From a bacterium (lineage in GTDB: Bacteria > Patescibacteriota > Minisyncoccia > UBA6257 > GWB1-50-10): a DNA stretch of 26,420 bases. The stretch is taken from contig JAYSOF010000026.1 of assembly GCA_043723165.1 (NCBI GenBank), positions 1-26,420 on the forward strand, read 5' to 3'. The position numbers and the translations under genes are program-made. Shown one piece after another: positions 24,176 through 26,420 of the stretch; the stretch's first letter is position 1; each line of letters opens with the position of its first letter. The notes below the pieces were generated by a model. It was not told where the DNA came from and ran no database searches. It saw only the letters and a program-made list of their open reading frames with translations.

Positions 24176-25309
24176 TTAGTTCTCGAGGTGTAGGTGCGAT
24201 CCGGTAGCGTACGTGGTTGATTGGGGAACTGGCGTAGTGTCCGGACAGACGCTGTACTCATTTACCACATTGAGCCCGACGTTCGTTGCGGTATCGATCA
24301 TTTTTTGAACCCTCCCACAGTACCCGTCTCCCAACGCATCGATTCGAACCATCTTAACATCAATACACGTACCGCGGATGTGACACGAGTCTGCGTGGTG
24401 AATGGTGGGTGGGAAGGCTTCGGTTACCCGCCAGTCTTTGCGCTCAATCCCCAACGTTTTCAGTGAATCTCGGAACTTAATGAGCTTACTGTAAAAATCA
24501 GGAGCACTCACCTTACAAGCTTCTTTGGGTGCAGATCCCCACTGGCACATCTTAGTTGTCTGAATGTCGAAATCGCTAGTTATGTCCCTCAGGTTCAAGC
24601 CAGCAACGTTGGTTCCCATGCAATCATTGAAGTACTCTCCGCTCTTTATCCCTGCCTGTATTGAGCAGAATGCGTAGGTTCCACCATTGTCCAGCGTTGT
24701 GGGGAGGCAGCGAACGAGCCCAGTTTCGGGGCTAGGTGCGGTTGCTAAGCAGGTCTGCGTTCCGGGAGCAGCGCGTAATGTTGTTGTGCTGTACTTGGTG
24801 TAGAGGAAAGAGCTCGAGGCGGTACACGCGTTCATGGTTTCTTCTGGGCACCCAGGAACACCCGCATAGACAATGGAGTCGTTCGAATGGTAGATCGATG
24901 TGTTTACGATTGCTTTGACGGCCGGATCTTTGAGTTTTATGAGTTCGGGGTTGATTGTGTTGAGGAGAATGTAGGAGCCGAAGAGGAGCCCGATGCCGAT
25001 GAGAGCGCTCGTTATCATCTCTCTCCCCTCGCTCTTCTTATCGATGCTCGACGAGGAAATGGACATGTACACTGATCCGCCCACAATCATTCCGACCGCG
25101 AGAATTCCGGCTATCCCCATACCGAACCGGTACAGGTTTAGGAGGTACTGTGCGATGCTCGAGGTCGCCTCAATGCACGGTCCGAACGTCCCCACCTCTC
25201 CAGGTAAGAGGCAGGGTGGCTTGTAGACGAGGTTAACGTCTGCTGCTAGGGCGTAAGATGCCGTGAGGAGTGCCAATGATACGGTGAGGATGGTGATGAA
25301 GCGTTTCAT
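24176..25309 (-). CDS. CPR VirB2/TrbC-like pilin fused to a Cys-rich linker and a C-terminal Hedgehog/M15-type Zn-metallopeptidase domain
   Basis: Signal peptide MKRFITILTVSLALLTASYALA. Pilin hairpin ILAVGMIVGGSVYM...KKSEGREMITSALIGIGLLFGSYILLNTINP. C-terminal WRVTEAF, SCHIRGTCID (H-x6-D), GSHLH (HxH). Confidence 0.8.
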   Translation of the reverse strand: MKRFITILTVSLALLTASYALAADVNLVYKPPCLLPGEVGTFGPCIEATSSIAQYLLNLYRFGMGIAGILAVGMIVGGSVYMSISSSSIDKKSEGREMITSALIGIGLLFGSYILLNTINPELIKLKDPAVKAIVNTSIYHSNDSIVYAGVPGCPEETMNACTASSSFLYTKYSTTTLRAAPGTQTCLATAPSPETGLVRCLPTTLDNGGTYAFCSIQAGIKSGEYFNDCMGTNVAGLNLRDITSDFDIQTTKMCQWGSAPKEACKVSAPDFYSKLIKFRDSLKTLGIERKDWRVTEAFPPTIHHADSCHIRGTCIDVKMVRIDALGDGYCGRVQKMIDTATNVGLNVVNEYSVCPDTTPVPQSTTYATGSHLHLEN

Positions 25310-25320
25310 GGTGTTCTGCT

Positions 25321-25977
25321 CTAGAGGTTGAGCCACGTTTTAGCGAACTCGAGTGGGTTCGCGAGGTTGTTTACCGCGAGGTCGACGCGGAGCTTACTCC
25401 CAGAGAGTCCACTGTCCGCTCCGATGGTGAGGAGGTTGTCTCCAGCTTTTTCTGATTTCTTTCCGGCGACGCTCCACGAGAAGTTTAGGTCCGAGAGGTC
25501 GGGGGCGTTGAAAAAGTACGGGATTGCCCGGAGGGTTACCTCGGATCCGGTTCCGGATTGGCGTATGACAATTTTAGGATCGACAACCGGTACGCGCGCG
25601 ATGACCTCGTACGAGCCGCCACCAACCGGCTCCACGACCACGCGGACGAAGTGGGAGGTTCCGCTCTGCTTCTGTGATGTGAACGATATATTCTGTAGCC
25701 CTTCGGTCCGCGCGATGACGCTCTCGTCGACCCTCCACGTGATGAGCGCCCTCGAGAGGTCAACGAGCTTCCCGCCGAGAGAGGCAACGATGCTCATGTC
25801 TACGATGCTCCCCGTGCTCGGAAAAACCTTACCGAGGTACGTCGATGGGTACAGGTTCCGAGCTTCCCACGTGACGGCGAGTTTGGTCTGTTCGGTCGGT
25901 GTGGCTGACTGAGCGAAAGCTGCTGATGTTACAGCAGAAGAGATAACAATTCCGAGGATGAGTGCCCGGATGTTCAT
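25321..25977 (-). CDS. Secreted beta-sandwich (Ig-like) protein of the CPR pilin locus
   Basis: Signal peptide ending AAFA-Q. TWEA..YP..YLGK, ITWRVDE, LRAIPYFF, FSWSVAG pattern recalled from Parcubacteria hypotheticals. Start 25977 favoured by TAGAAT 7 nt upstream. Confidence 0.7.
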   Translation of the reverse strand: MNIRALILGIVISSAVTSAAFAQSATPTEQTKLAVTWEARNLYPSTYLGKVFPSTGSIVDMSIVASLGGKLVDLSRALITWRVDESVIARTEGLQNISFTSQKQSGTSHFVRVVVEPVGGGSYEVIARVPVVDPKIVIRQSGTGSEVTLRAIPYFFNAPDLSDLNFSWSVAGKKSEKAGDNLLTIGADSGLSGSKLRVDLAVNNLANPLEFAKTWLNL

Positions 25978-26013
25978 TTGACTCATTCTACAACAATCGC
26001 ACCCCCCCGACTA

Positions 26014-26319
26014 CTATGATGACCGCTGGGCAGCCTCCCGGTTGTGCATGATTGCGCTCACTATGAAAATGACAACCACCGTGGGGATAACGGGTACGAG
26101 GTTTACGACGTACTTTCCGAAACGTTTCGCGCTGATCTTTCCGAGATTGGTCGCACCGTGCGATTTTTGTAGCTGTTCAATCCCCCACGTCGTGAAAGCT
26201 TGGAGCATCGTCGCGGGGACAGCCCCTATGAGGGTTAGGTCTAGCAGGCCAGAGATGAAGTCTACGCCGCCTAAGATGCACCCGAAGACAACCATCTCTG
26301 CGGTTGAGAACGGCTTCAT
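26014..26319 (-). CDS. Small membrane protein (101 aa)
   Basis: Hydrophobic segments at N- and C-terminus (VNLVPVIPTVVVIFIVSAIM). ATG 2 nt after the upstream stop. Confidence 0.7.
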   Translation of the reverse strand: MKPFSTAEMVVFGCILGGVDFISGLLDLTLIGAVPATMLQAFTTWGIEQLQKSHGATNLGKISAKRFGKYVVNLVPVIPTVVVIFIVSAIMHNREAAQRSS

Positions 26320-26321
26320 GG

Positions 26322-26420
26322 CTACTCTTTGGGAACACCCAACCCTTTAATTTCGAGCATCTGTTCAGGGTTTGTGGTGATGATTTGGTCTTCGGTGTAC
26401 GAGGCGATGACTTTCATTGC
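26322..26420 (-). CDS. C-terminal fragment of a probable VirB4-like ATPase (5' part outside window)
   Basis: Manual translation AMKVIASYTEDQIITTNPEQMLEIKGLGVPKE*. The (V/I)ASYTEDQIIT..P motif resembles my recollection of CPR VirB4-like ATPase C-termini; only 32 aa visible. Confidence 0.6.
   Translation of the reverse strand, partial: AMKVIASYTEDQIITTNPEQMLEIKGLGVPKE

Noticed and set aside
5045-26350. Other long antisense or alternate-frame ORFs (e.g. 5624-6049, 9044-9637, 9641-10225, 23273-23893, 25328-25912) and the N-terminal extensions of several ORF-track calls
   Set aside because: They overlap confidently identified genes and lack recognisable domains. Homology patterns and -10 spacing favour the shorter starts given in the features.
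1-26420. CRISPR array, IS/transposase, rRNA or prophage genes
   Set aside because: No regularly spaced direct repeats, transposase/integrase motifs or rRNA-like sequence were seen.

Overview
Chromosomal window from a Candidate Phyla Radiation bacterium, most likely Patescibacteria/Parcubacteria. This is inferred from the streamlined rnpA/yidC/jag, the CPR-type pilin locus and the near absence of Shine-Dalgarno motifs; TGA is used as a stop, so code 11. The window spans the replication origin: dnaN-dnaA on the minus strand, divergent from rpmH-rnpA-yidC-jag, with DnaA boxes on both sides of dnaA and a DnaA-box/DnaA-trio unwinding module abutting the dnaN start. Left of oriC are housekeeping and repair genes (family-4 UDG, ABC exporter, tRNA-Arg(CCG), LOG-family protein, beta-CASP MBL nuclease, murE, ruvA, rpsT, holA, PilB/GspE ATPase, ruvB, tsaE, polA, sensor kinase, ruvC, class A PBP), two ORFans and a stand-alone 60-aa acidic gene. 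Right of jag is the 3' end of a convergent T4SS-like operon: probable VirB4-like ATPase C-terminus, a small membrane protein, a secreted beta-sandwich protein, a VirB2-like pilin fused to a Hedgehog/M15-type Zn-peptidase domain, and a membrane-anchored beta-propeller-like protein. Best leads: the pilin-peptidase fusion and its operon, the oriC unwinding module, a candidate ~145-nt structured RNA between pilB and ruvB, a window-wide leaderless-promoter signature, the small acidic protein, and a family-4 UDG lacking all Fe-S cysteines. All calls are by-eye motif recognition; no searches were run.
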